The notes under the pieces are model-generated. The model did not search any database and was not told where the DNA came from. It saw only the letters and a program-made list of their open reading frames with translations. Below are positions 27,077 through 35,989 of a DNA stretch of 64,000 nucleotides, one piece after another. The stretch spans positions 62,606 through 126,605 of the forward strand of contig CAZCNS010000003.1 of the NCBI GenBank assembly GCA_964500205.1, in the 5' to 3' direction. The position numbers and the translations under genes are program-made. This stretch comes from an uncultured Chryseobacterium sp. GTDB taxonomy: Bacteria > Bacteroidota > Bacteroidia > UBA10329. Every line of letters begins with the position of its first letter. Positions within the stretch are counted from its first letter, which is position 1.

Positions 27077-29620
27077 GTGAACGAATCCAACACCCGCGCG
27101 CATTACATAGACCCTGCCCTTATAGCCAAGGGATGGGGTTTCAATGCGCCCATGAACGAAGGACGCATACGCACGGAGCATTTCATCACCAATGGCCGCA
27201 TATTGGGCCAGAGCGTAGGCAGCAAGCGATCGAAGGATGGGCTGATACACGGTGAGCGGCTCAAGGCCGACTATGTACTGCAATACCGCAACCGCAACAT
27301 TGGTATTATAGAGGCCAAGGCTGATACGCAGGACTTCACCGAAGGCGTGGGGCAGGCCAAGGAGTACGCCACCCGCCTACAGGTGCGCTTTGCCTTTAGC
27401 ACCAATGGCAAACGCATCTATTGCATCGACATGCAGGAGGGCACCGAGAGCGAGGTGCGCGAATACCCCACACCCGATGAGCTGTGGGCCATGACGTTTG
27501 ACGCAGATTCGGAGTGTCACACTAAGCGGAGTCGAAGTGCAAACGAGGAATCTGGGGCTTCCAACGGACTCCATCCCGAATCTTCGGGACTCAGAATGAC
27601 ACCCCCCGACCACGGCATCAACTGGATGGAACGGTTCAGCGCAGTGCCCTTCGAGGACCGTGGCGGCACATGGCAGCCGCGCTACTATCAGGAGAACGCC
27701 ATCACCAACGCCCTCGATGCCATGGCCGAGGGCCGTGACCGCATCCTGCTCACCCTCGCCACCGGCACAGGCAAGACGGCCATCGCCTTTCAGATATGCT
27801 GGAAGCTGTATCAAAGCCGTTGGAACCTGAGGCGCGATGGCAGCGGCCTGCCGCGCATCCTTTTCCTGGCCGACCGCAACGTGCTGGCCGATCAGGCATT
27901 CAATGCGTTTAACCTCTCTTTTGAGGAGAACGCACTGGTGCGCATCACCCCCGAGGAGATACGCAAGGCAGGCAAGGTGCCGACCAGCGGAAGCCTGTTC
28001 TTCACCATCTTCCAGACCTTCATGACAGGCGGCAATACCGATGCAGGCGAGACCGAGGACATGGAAGCGGGCAAGGCCCATTTCTGGGGCTACCCGAAGG
28101 ACTTCTTCGACCTTATCATCATTGACGAGTGCCACCGTGCAGGGGCGAAGGACAACAGCTCATGGCGGGCCATCATGGAGTATTTCAAGCCTGCGGTGCA
28201 GATAGGTCTCACCGCCACGCCCAAGCGCGATGTGAATGGCGACACCTACCGCTATTTCGGTGACCCCGTGTATGTCTATTCGCTCAAAGAAGGCATCAAC
28301 GATGGTTTCCTCACGCCTTTCCGCTACAAGGAGATGAGCACCACGGGGGATGAGTACACCTACACCGAGGGCGACATCGTGATGGAAGGAGAGGTGGAAT
28401 ATGGCCGCACTTACACGCAGGAGGAACAGAACCGTGTAATCATCCTGGAGGATGTAGAGCGTTTTCGTGTGCAGAAGCTGCTCGAAAGCATAGACCAGCG
28501 GCACAAGACCATCGTGTTTTGCAATGACCAGCTGCACGCCCTCGCGGTGCGCAACCTCATCAATCAGCTCTCAACCAGTCGCAACCCGCACTACTGCCAC
28601 CGTGTCACGGCAGACGATGGCAAGCAGGGCGAACAGTACCTCAAGCACTTTCAGGACAACCAGAGCAGCATCCCCACAATCCTTACCACCTCGCAGAAAC
28701 TGAGCACGGGTGTGGACGCACCAGAGGTGCGCAACATCGTGCTGATGCGCGTGGTGCGCAGCATGGTGGAGTTCAAGCAGATCATAGGGCGCGGCACACG
28801 CCTTCATGATGGCAAGAGCTACTTCACGGTCTATGATTTCTATTGGCGGTTACACACCCACTTCGAGGATCCCGAATGGGACGGCCCGCCCGAAGAGCCT
28901 GAACCCCCAGTGGAACGGCCGTTGACCGACCCTTGTCTGAACTGTGGTCAGAGGCGCTGCATCTGCAACCAGCCTCCGCCAGAGCTGTGCGAACTCTGCG
29001 CCAAACATCCCTGCGAGTGCGAAGGCGAACCACGCCCCAAGAAGATACGCATCAAGATGGCCGATGGCAGCGTGCGTGATCTGCAGGGCATGACCCGCAC
29101 CAGATACTACGGCAAGAATGGACAGCTTGTGACGGGCGATGCCTTCATTCAGGAACTCTTTGGCGACCTGCCTTCCTTCTTCTCCGATGAGGAGAAACTA
29201 AGGGAGATATGGAGCACGCCCGACACCCGCAGGAAACTGCTGGAAGAGATGAAGGAGAAGGGCTACAGCGAGGAACAGCTCAAGGAATTGCAAGAGCTGG
29301 TGCATGGCCGCGACAGCGACCTGTATGATGTGCTCTCCTACGTGGCCTATCACCGCGACCTTGTGCCGCGCTCCGACCGCGCAGACCGCGCCAAGGTGCA
29401 TTTCGCCACCTACGACCCCAAGCAGCAGGAGTTCCTCAACTTCGTGCTGGAGCAGTACGTGCGTTCAGGCGTCCACGAACTGGACGACCAGAAACTGCCC
29501 CAGCTCCTCGACCTCAAATACAAGAGCGTGGCCGATGCCAAGGCGCAGCTTGGCTCTCCTAACACCATTCGAGACACCTTCATCGGCTTTCAGAAATGGC
29601 TGTATGGGGAGGTGGGGTAG
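27077..29620 (+). CDS. hsdR: Type I restriction enzyme R subunit (GTG start), with a Cys-rich C-terminal insert
   Basis: N-terminal NESNTRAHYIDPAL. SF2 helicase motifs LTLATGTGKT, IIIDECHRAG, GLTATP, QIIGRGTRL. C-terminal DUF3387-like region. CxxC x4 cluster CLNCGQRRCICNQ…CELCAKHPCEC. Confidence 0.95.
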   Translation: MNESNTRAHYIDPALIAKGWGFNAPMNEGRIRTEHFITNGRILGQSVGSKRSKDGLIHGERLKADYVLQYRNRNIGIIEAKADTQDFTEGVGQAKEYATRLQVRFAFSTNGKRIYCIDMQEGTESEVREYPTPDELWAMTFDADSECHTKRSRSANEESGASNGLHPESSGLRMTPPDHGINWMERFSAVPFEDRGGTWQPRYYQENAITNALDAMAEGRDRILLTLATGTGKTAIAFQICWKLYQSRWNLRRDGSGLPRILFLADRNVLADQAFNAFNLSFEENALVRITPEEIRKAGKVPTSGSLFFTIFQTFMTGGNTDAGETEDMEAGKAHFWGYPKDFFDLIIIDECHRAGAKDNSSWRAIMEYFKPAVQIGLTATPKRDVNGDTYRYFGDPVYVYSLKEGINDGFLTPFRYKEMSTTGDEYTYTEGDIVMEGEVEYGRTYTQEEQNRVIILEDVERFRVQKLLESIDQRHKTIVFCNDQLHALAVRNLINQLSTSRNPHYCHRVTADDGKQGEQYLKHFQDNQSSIPTILTTSQKLSTGVDAPEVRNIVLMRVVRSMVEFKQIIGRGTRLHDGKSYFTVYDFYWRLHTHFEDPEWDGPPEEPEPPVERPLTDPCLNCGQRRCICNQPPPELCELCAKHPCECEGEPRPKKIRIKMADGSVRDLQGMTRTRYYGKNGQLVTGDAFIQELFGDLPSFFSDEEKLREIWSTPDTRRKLLEEMKEKGYSEEQLKELQELVHGRDSDLYDVLSYVAYHRDLVPRSDRADRAKVHFATYDPKQQEFLNFVLEQYVRSGVHELDDQKLPQLLDLKYKSVADAKAQLGSPNTIRDTFIGFQKWLYGEVG

Positions 29621-29775
29621 AGATAACCCCCGAAGCCCCTGAGCATGTCTATTGCATCCCCTTGGAGGCCATGAAGGGCAACACCCTCACCTTCGAGGAT
29701 GTGCGCCCCTGTTGGAAGAAGATCGCGGAGCGCACTGCCTTCTATTGGGACAGTGAGAGCCGCACGTTGCGGTAG

Positions 29776-29795
29776 AGACGCGATGCATCGCGTCT
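29776..29795. terminator. Perfect 20-bp palindrome AGACGCGATGCATCGCGTCT between convergent hsdR and aroE (candidate bidirectional terminator or protein site)
   Basis: Self-complementary sequence seen directly. A second imperfect inverted repeat TGCAACGC…GCGGTTGCA follows. GGTAGAGACGC occurs twice (29771 and 29821). Confidence 0.3.
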
Positions 29796-29834
29796 GTGCA
29801 ACGCGGATGATGCGGTTGCAGGTAGAGACGCTAT

Positions 29835-30599
29835 TCACCCGCCATTGCGCGAGGGTTCAACCCCGTTCCAGATCTCCCAGCTGGCATCGGCCTGGAGATG
29901 CAGCATGTCGAGTCCGTTGCGCACGGTGGCACCACGCTCCAGCCCTGTGCGCATGAATGCGGTCTCCAACGGATTGTACACCATGTCAAACAGCAGGTGG
30001 TCGGGTGTGATGGCTCCGTAGGGCAGGTCAGGTCGGTCGTTCACGTTCGGGTACATACCTAAGGGGGTGCAGTTCACCACAATGGTATGGTCGCGCATCA
30101 TCTGCATGGAGAGGTTGGGGTAGTCCACGTCACCAGAGTCAGGGTCGCGCGACACGACCGTGCATTCCAAACCCAATCCCGATAGCACATGCAAGGCAGC
30201 CTTGGCCACGCCTCCTGTGCCCAGGATCATCGCACTGCTGTGATGCTCAGCGACCAATGGCGCGATGCTCTGCCGGAAGCCGGTCACATCCGTGTTGTAG
30301 CCCTTCAAGCAGACCTTGCCGCAGGAGCGGTCTATGCGGACGGTGTTCACCGCGTGGATCTCCCGCGCCTCATCATCCATCTGGTCCAGGTGCTTGATGA
30401 TGGCCGTCTTGAACGGGATGGTCACGTTCACGCCCATGAGCAAAGGGTCGTTGCGCATGGCGTCCAAGGCATCGGTCAGCTTGGCGAAATCGAGGTTCAC
30501 GTACTCGTCCTCGATGCCGAGGTCTTTGAACTTCGCTTCAAAATATCCCTTGCTGAAAGAATGACCGAGCGGATGCCCGATCAGGCCGAAGCGTCTCAT
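29835..30599 (-). CDS. aroE: Shikimate 5-dehydrogenase
   Basis: N-terminal …FGLIGHPLGHSFSKGYF… substrate-binding motif and a C-terminal Rossmann domain (…ILGTGGVAKAAL…). Confidence 0.9.
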   Translation of the reverse strand: MRRFGLIGHPLGHSFSKGYFEAKFKDLGIEDEYVNLDFAKLTDALDAMRNDPLLMGVNVTIPFKTAIIKHLDQMDDEAREIHAVNTVRIDRSCGKVCLKGYNTDVTGFRQSIAPLVAEHHSSAMILGTGGVAKAALHVLSGLGLECTVVSRDPDSGDVDYPNLSMQMMRDHTIVVNCTPLGMYPNVNDRPDLPYGAITPDHLLFDMVYNPLETAFMRTGLERGATVRNGLDMLHLQADASWEIWNGVEPSRNGG

Positions 30600-30624
30600 G
30601 GATGTTGCGTTTTATTCGGAAAGA

Positions 30625-31650
30625 TCAAGAACGAGCGGCCATGCGCTCCATCACGGTGACGAGCAGGAAACCTGCAATGGCACAGCCGATGGCCATACCG
30701 ACCTGAGAGGGTTCGCCCGTGACCTGCTCAAAGACAGCGGGCAGCACGCTTTTCTCCAGAAAAGGGACTTCCTCACCGTGGCTGTTCGTCCTGTATTGTA
30801 ACACCTCCTTCCACGGCCACACCTTGTTGAGCGACCCGATCATGAAACCCGTGAGCCCGGCCATGGTAGCGTCATAGGCCCGCTTGAAAAGCCAAGAGAG
30901 GAAGTTGCTGAACGCGATGATGCCAACGATGCAACCACCGATGAAAACCGCGATGTTGATGCCGTTGGGCAGGATGGCCTCCATGTCCACGGCACGGAGT
31001 CCGTCCACCAGTCCGCTGATGCTTCCGAGCACCGTGGCATAAGCACCGAGCAGCAGCAGAATGAAGCTGCCCGAGATGCCGGGCAGGATCATGGCACAGA
31101 TGGCGATGCAGCCGGCAAGGAAGATGTAGCCCGGGCCTTCGGGCATCTGGGCAGGTGCGGCCACCGTGATGAAGTAGGCCACAGCAGCAGTGATCACCAG
31201 CATGATGGCGTTGTAGGCATTCCATTTCCTTATCTCCTTGGAGATCAGAATGGTGGAGGCGATGATGAGGCCGAAGAAGAAAGCCCATACCAGCACAGGG
31301 TAGGTGTGCAGCATGAAGGTGATGCCCTTGGCCAAGGAGATGATGCTGGTGAAAATGCCCAGGAAGAGGGCCACAAGGAAGTTGCCGTTGATCTGTTGCC
31401 AAGCGGCTTTCAGTCCTTCGTTCTTCCAAGTCACGAGTACCTGCGGTCGGATGCCCTTGATGGTGTCGAGCAGCTCCTGGTAGATGCCAGTGATGAAGGC
31501 GATCGTACCTCCCGACACGCCCGGCACCACATCTGCCGCACCCATGGCCATGCCTTTGATGTAAATGAGCAGGTATTGGGCTTTGGTGCGGTCGGGTGTC
31601 ATTGGGTCAGTAGATGGTATGTGGGAATGGGTCCGGCAGAAGGACGGCAA
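30625..31650 (-). CDS. DUF368-family polytopic membrane protein (family recently implicated in undecaprenyl-phosphate recycling)
   Basis: Duplicated signature …VVPGVSGGTIAFITG… and …ILPGISGSFILLLLG…, with about 8-10 TM helices. The start is uncertain (MAMGAADVV vs upstream M). Confidence 0.8.
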   Translation of the reverse strand: MPSFCRTHSHIPSTDPMTPDRTKAQYLLIYIKGMAMGAADVVPGVSGGTIAFITGIYQELLDTIKGIRPQVLVTWKNEGLKAAWQQINGNFLVALFLGIFTSIISLAKGITFMLHTYPVLVWAFFFGLIIASTILISKEIRKWNAYNAIMLVITAAVAYFITVAAPAQMPEGPGYIFLAGCIAICAMILPGISGSFILLLLGAYATVLGSISGLVDGLRAVDMEAILPNGINIAVFIGGCIVGIIAFSNFLSWLFKRAYDATMAGLTGFMIGSLNKVWPWKEVLQYRTNSHGEEVPFLEKSVLPAVFEQVTGEPSQVGMAIGCAIAGFLLVTVMERMAARS

Positions 31651-31661
31651 ATGCTTTTGCC

Positions 31662-32837
31662 TCAGTACTTCTCCAAGGACCGGTCGATCTTATCGGCCCA
31701 AGCGAGGATGCCACCTCTGAGGTTGTAGAGGTTCTCCATGCCGAAGCGCGACTCCAGCGCGCTCACCACGTTGGCAGAGCGTCCACCGCTGCGGCATTGC
31801 ATGATCACTGGCACGTCTGTGCGAAGTTCTTCCACGCGGTCAAGTATCTGTCCCATCGGAATATGCGTTCCACCTATGGTGCATACCTCCACCTCCCAGT
31901 CCTCGCGCACATCAATGAGCTGGAAGTCCTCCTTGGCATCCATCTTCTGTTTCAGTTCTTCTACGGTAAGTTCTTTCATGGCTGTGTCCTTGGTTATCTG
32001 AATGGCTTTGTTGGCATCGATGTCCTGCGGCAGATGGTTGAAGAATGTATCGCCACGCAGGCCGAGTCTTAGTGTTTCGAGAGGTATGACCTCCGAGGGT
32101 GCGATATTACCAAGATTGACATTCGCACCCAACAGGTTGATGAACCAGACCTGCTGTTCTTTTTTCGGGGCTTCCCAAATGACCTTGTCGGCAGGGATCA
32201 CACCCAGTATCTTGTTGATGAGGCTGACGTGAGCCGAGCCGTTGGGCCGGTAGATGCCGACCGTTCCGCTCTCGCGTGCCTCTGCGATGACCTTCCACGC
32301 GCCTGCATCCATCTCGGCCAGCATCATCTTCTTCCAGCGGTTGGGGTGAATGATGATGCCCGACTCCTTGGAACCCACTTCGCTCAGGGTCACGAACTCG
32401 CGCGAGAGCACCTGTATCAGTTCGCATTTCTTGCCGTGGTCCAGCGATATGGAGCCGTCAGACACCTCGATCATGCCGATGCCCAGGTTGCGCACCATCT
32501 TCCGGTACTCATCGAACTTGCCCCTGATGATGAACGCCTCGAACAGCGTACCGCCCAGATAGACGTCAATGCCTGCATCGCGGTAGAGTTTCACCTTCTC
32601 CTTGATGTTCCTGCCTACGAGCGATGTGCCGAATCCGAGCTTTACCATATCGGTAAGATGACCGGATGCCTCGATGAGATGCTCGGCCTCGCGCAGGCTG
32701 AGGCCCTTGTCCATCACCATGGTGAGCCCGCGCTGACGCGGTTTCTCGGGGCGGTCTGGGATGAAAGGCAGTATGGGGTCTGACAACGCGTTGGATTTAG
32801 GTTCGCGGCAGTTGCTGGCAGTGCGACAAAGCAACAA
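31662..32837 (-). CDS. Phosphosulfolactate synthase (ComA)-like domain fused to a C-terminal rhodanese domain
   Basis: N-terminal …PEKPRQRGLTMVMDKGLSL…LGFGTS… ComA-like TIM-barrel pattern. C-terminal rhodanese with active-site loop …VIMQCRSGGRSANV…. Confidence 0.8.
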   Translation of the reverse strand: MLLCRTASNCREPKSNALSDPILPFIPDRPEKPRQRGLTMVMDKGLSLREAEHLIEASGHLTDMVKLGFGTSLVGRNIKEKVKLYRDAGIDVYLGGTLFEAFIIRGKFDEYRKMVRNLGIGMIEVSDGSISLDHGKKCELIQVLSREFVTLSEVGSKESGIIIHPNRWKKMMLAEMDAGAWKVIAEARESGTVGIYRPNGSAHVSLINKILGVIPADKVIWEAPKKEQQVWFINLLGANVNLGNIAPSEVIPLETLRLGLRGDTFFNHLPQDIDANKAIQITKDTAMKELTVEELKQKMDAKEDFQLIDVREDWEVEVCTIGGTHIPMGQILDRVEELRTDVPVIMQCRSGGRSANVVSALESRFGMENLYNLRGGILAWADKIDRSLEKY

Positions 32838-32939
32838 AAACGTATTGATTCACCGGAATGGCTTACACCCAGTTATCAAAAGTGATGGTTGACATCTTCG
32901 GGACTGGCAAAAAGTATCCTCCTCGTAGGCTTCTGCCCC

Positions 32940-34346
32940 TCATTGTCCGTAGATACCAATGATGTCCATCACCCTCGGATGGTGAACGGCCTCCGGGTAC
33001 TCCTCAAAAAGAGCGATATGGCCCTCATAGTTCATCTCCAGGCCGTTCTGAAGAAAGTGAAGCGCATCGGTGGTTCGTCCTGCGATCAGCATCATGGCGG
33101 CAGTGCGGTAGTGCAGTTCTGCGTCATCAGGTGCCATTTTGATGGCTTCCATCATGGCATCCAATCCTGAGGGACGGTCAAGGTAGTGGAACAGCACTTG
33201 CGCCCTGGCAAGGTGGAATCTCGATTCATCAGGGGCGATCTCCAGTGCTTTTTCGTAGGCTGTGGCAGCTTCCTTGAATTCACAGAACTGCTCCAGAAGG
33301 TCTCCGAAGAAGAACCAGAACTCCGCGTCCATCGGGTTTATCTCGATGGCTCTCTTGAGATAGGGTATGCACTCGTGGTAGCGTTCCTGTTTCTCGCGTA
33401 TCACTGCCATCCCATACCACGCTTCTGCACATTCGGGGTCGATGTTCGTGGCCTGCCGGTAAAGGCTGAAGGCGCGCTCGTAGTCCTTGCGTCCTTCAGC
33501 GCATTCGGCCAGACCGACAATTGTGTCCGGAAATTCAGGTTCGAGTTCAAGCAATGTGCGGAACTGTTCCTCTGCACGGTCCCAATTCCCTGTCTCGAGG
33601 TAGCAGTCGCCCAGTTCTTCCATCGCCATGGTATCCTCCTCATCTATGGCAATGCACAATTCCAGAGCCCAGATGGCCTTGTGGTACTCCTCAAGCCTGC
33701 GGTAGAATCCGCTGAGATTGAACCAAGCTGCGCTGGAGTAGGGGTTTGCGTCAATGAACCGGTTCAGGTATTCGATGGCTTGTTTGTGATCGCCCACAAC
33801 ATCGTAGAGAAAGCTGATCTCATAGATGAGCGCTGGCTGGTCCGGGTCGTCCAAGATGGCCGACCGGAGTTGATTGATCGCCTCGGCACGATTGTCCATT
33901 GCCTCATACTCATAACTGATGAGCAGATGAAGTTCGGTGCGGTCCTCCGCGAATTCCAAGGCTGACCTGAAGATGCGGATGGCTTCTCCATGGTCTCCCA
34001 TTTTGCTTAGAATGGTGCCTTTAAGGATGATGGCATCGATATTCGTGGGGTCTATGGCCTCCAGCAGGGAGATGGACCGCAGTGCTTGTTGGTCTTCCCC
34101 TTTCTGGGCAAGGATGTCAGCACGTCTAAGCTCGAAATCGCGGTTGTGAGGGTGCTGCTGCGATGCGAGTTCGAGTACCCTCCAAGCCTTGTCCAGGTCA
34201 AAGCTCATCATGTAATGCTCCACCAGGTCCTCGAGGTCTTCCACATCAAAATAGTACTGGTCATCATTGGCCAGCATGTGTTCGAACCGCTCAAGGCTTT
34301 CGTTTCCCCGCTCGAATTCGTGGTCTGATTCAGGGTCGTGATTCAT
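32940..34346 (-). CDS. Tetratricopeptide-repeat protein (468 aa)
   Basis: Repeated A/Y/W-rich helical pairs (…AEAWYGMAVIREKQERYHECIPYLKRAIEINP…), with about 10 TPRs. Confidence 0.8.
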   Translation of the reverse strand: MNHDPESDHEFERGNESLERFEHMLANDDQYYFDVEDLEDLVEHYMMSFDLDKAWRVLELASQQHPHNRDFELRRADILAQKGEDQQALRSISLLEAIDPTNIDAIILKGTILSKMGDHGEAIRIFRSALEFAEDRTELHLLISYEYEAMDNRAEAINQLRSAILDDPDQPALIYEISFLYDVVGDHKQAIEYLNRFIDANPYSSAAWFNLSGFYRRLEEYHKAIWALELCIAIDEEDTMAMEELGDCYLETGNWDRAEEQFRTLLELEPEFPDTIVGLAECAEGRKDYERAFSLYRQATNIDPECAEAWYGMAVIREKQERYHECIPYLKRAIEINPMDAEFWFFFGDLLEQFCEFKEAATAYEKALEIAPDESRFHLARAQVLFHYLDRPSGLDAMMEAIKMAPDDAELHYRTAAMMLIAGRTTDALHFLQNGLEMNYEGHIALFEEYPEAVHHPRVMDIIGIYGQ

Positions 34347-34456
34347 GCATCAAAAGCTTTGGTTAAGACTACTCGATCATTCGACAGGCCAAACCCGTGC
34401 AAACGCCTAATTTTTCACAGGCAGTGTTCAAAAATTAACGTCCTGTAAGCGGTCGC

Positions 34457-35929
34457 ATGGTGCAAAGGTCGGGCTTTCCCCTCGATGTGACCATGTACTT
34501 TTGCAGGCTAACCAAAAATGAAGTTATGTCTTTGATCAAATCCATCTCAGGAATCAGAGGAACCATTGGCGGCAGGGCAGGAGAGGGGCTCAGTCCTTTG
34601 GACGCGGTCAAGTTCACTGCGGCCTACGCACACTTCATCAAGAACCGTAGCGGTGTATCCAGACCGAAGGTCATTGTGGGCCGCGATGCACGCATTTCTG
34701 GCGAAATGGTCAACCGATTGGTGACGGGAACCCTGATGGGTTGCGGCATTGATGTCATCGACCTTGGTCTCAGCACTACGCCCACGGTCGAGGTGGCCGT
34801 TGCTGAGGAGAAGGCGCATGGAGGAATCATCCTTACCGCCAGCCACAACCCCAAGCAGTGGAACGCCCTCAAGTTGCTCAATGAGAAAGGGGAGTTCATC
34901 TCGGGTGAAGAGGGCGAGGAAGTGCTTCGGCTGGCCGACTCGGATGACATTGTGTTTGCGAACGTGGATGCCTTGGGCTCAGTTACGCACATGGACAACT
35001 ATATGGACCGCCACATTGAGATGGTGCTCAAGCTGCCACTGGTTGACGTGGAGGCCATCAGAAAGATGAAGTACCACGTGGTCATCGACTGCGTGAACAG
35101 CACAGGAGGGCTGGTATTGCCCAAGCTGCTCAATGCGCTGGGTGTGGACAAGGTGACGGAGCTGTACTGCGAGCCGAACGGTCATTTCCCCCACAACCCT
35201 GAACCGCTGCCAGAGCACCTTTCCGAGATCTCCGAGACCATCAAGCGGGTAAAAGGCCATGTGGGTTTTGTGGTCGATCCCGATGTGGACCGCCTTGCCA
35301 TGGTGTGCGAGGACGGTGAGATGTTCGGTGAGGAATACACGCTGGTCGCTGTGGCAGACCATGTGCTCAGCCACAAGGTGGGCAACACCGTGAGCAACCT
35401 GAGCAGCACCCGTGCGCTGCGGGATGTGACGGAGAAAGCCGGTGGAACCTATCATGCCAGTGCTGTGGGCGAGGTGAATGTGGTGGACATGATGAAAGCG
35501 ACCGATGCGGTCATCGGTGGCGAGGGCAACGGGGGTATCATCTATCCCGACCTGCACTATGGCCGCGATGCGCTGGTGGGCATTGCGTTGTTCCTCACGC
35601 ACATGGCCAAGAAAGGTGTCAGTGCAAGCCGCTTGCGGGCCATGTACCCCAACTATTTCATCAGCAAGAACAAGGTTTCGCTCACACCGGAGACCGATGT
35701 GGATGCCATTTTGGAGGCTGTGCGCGCCAAGTATGCCAAGCAACCGATCAATACTGTGGACGGGGTGAAGATCGAGTTCGGGAAGGAGTGGGTTCACCTG
35801 CGCAAGTCCAACACCGAGCCCATCATCCGCATCTACTGCGAGAGCGAGAATGAGGTGACCGCCAATCGCCTCGCTAACAAGATCATAGACGATATCAAGG
35901 AGGTGATGAAGGGGCAGGAGGTGGAGTGA
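34457..35929 (+). CDS. glmM: Phosphoglucosamine mutase (alpha-D-phosphohexomutase family); probable start MSLIKSISGIRGT at 34526
   Basis: Bacteroidota GlmM-typical N-terminal MSLIKSISGIRGTIGG, the active-site phosphoserine loop TASHNP, and a GEGNGG sugar-binding loop. Confidence 0.85.
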   Translation: MVQRSGFPLDVTMYFCRLTKNEVMSLIKSISGIRGTIGGRAGEGLSPLDAVKFTAAYAHFIKNRSGVSRPKVIVGRDARISGEMVNRLVTGTLMGCGIDVIDLGLSTTPTVEVAVAEEKAHGGIILTASHNPKQWNALKLLNEKGEFISGEEGEEVLRLADSDDIVFANVDALGSVTHMDNYMDRHIEMVLKLPLVDVEAIRKMKYHVVIDCVNSTGGLVLPKLLNALGVDKVTELYCEPNGHFPHNPEPLPEHLSEISETIKRVKGHVGFVVDPDVDRLAMVCEDGEMFGEEYTLVAVADHVLSHKVGNTVSNLSSTRALRDVTEKAGGTYHASAVGEVNVVDMMKATDAVIGGEGNGGIIYPDLHYGRDALVGIALFLTHMAKKGVSASRLRAMYPNYFISKNKVSLTPETDVDAILEAVRAKYAKQPINTVDGVKIEFGKEWVHLRKSNTEPIIRIYCESENEVTANRLANKIIDDIKEVMKGQEVE

Positions 35930-35989
35930 ATCCGCCCAAGACCTGAAAGTCATCTTCGAATAACGATCCAGTAAACCAACATCCCCACC

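Noticed and set aside
29845-29880. tRNA-like T-arm (GGTTCAACCCC)
   Set aside because: No flanking sequence can form the T-stem, acceptor stem or anticodon arm. The segment lies inside the aroE coding region.
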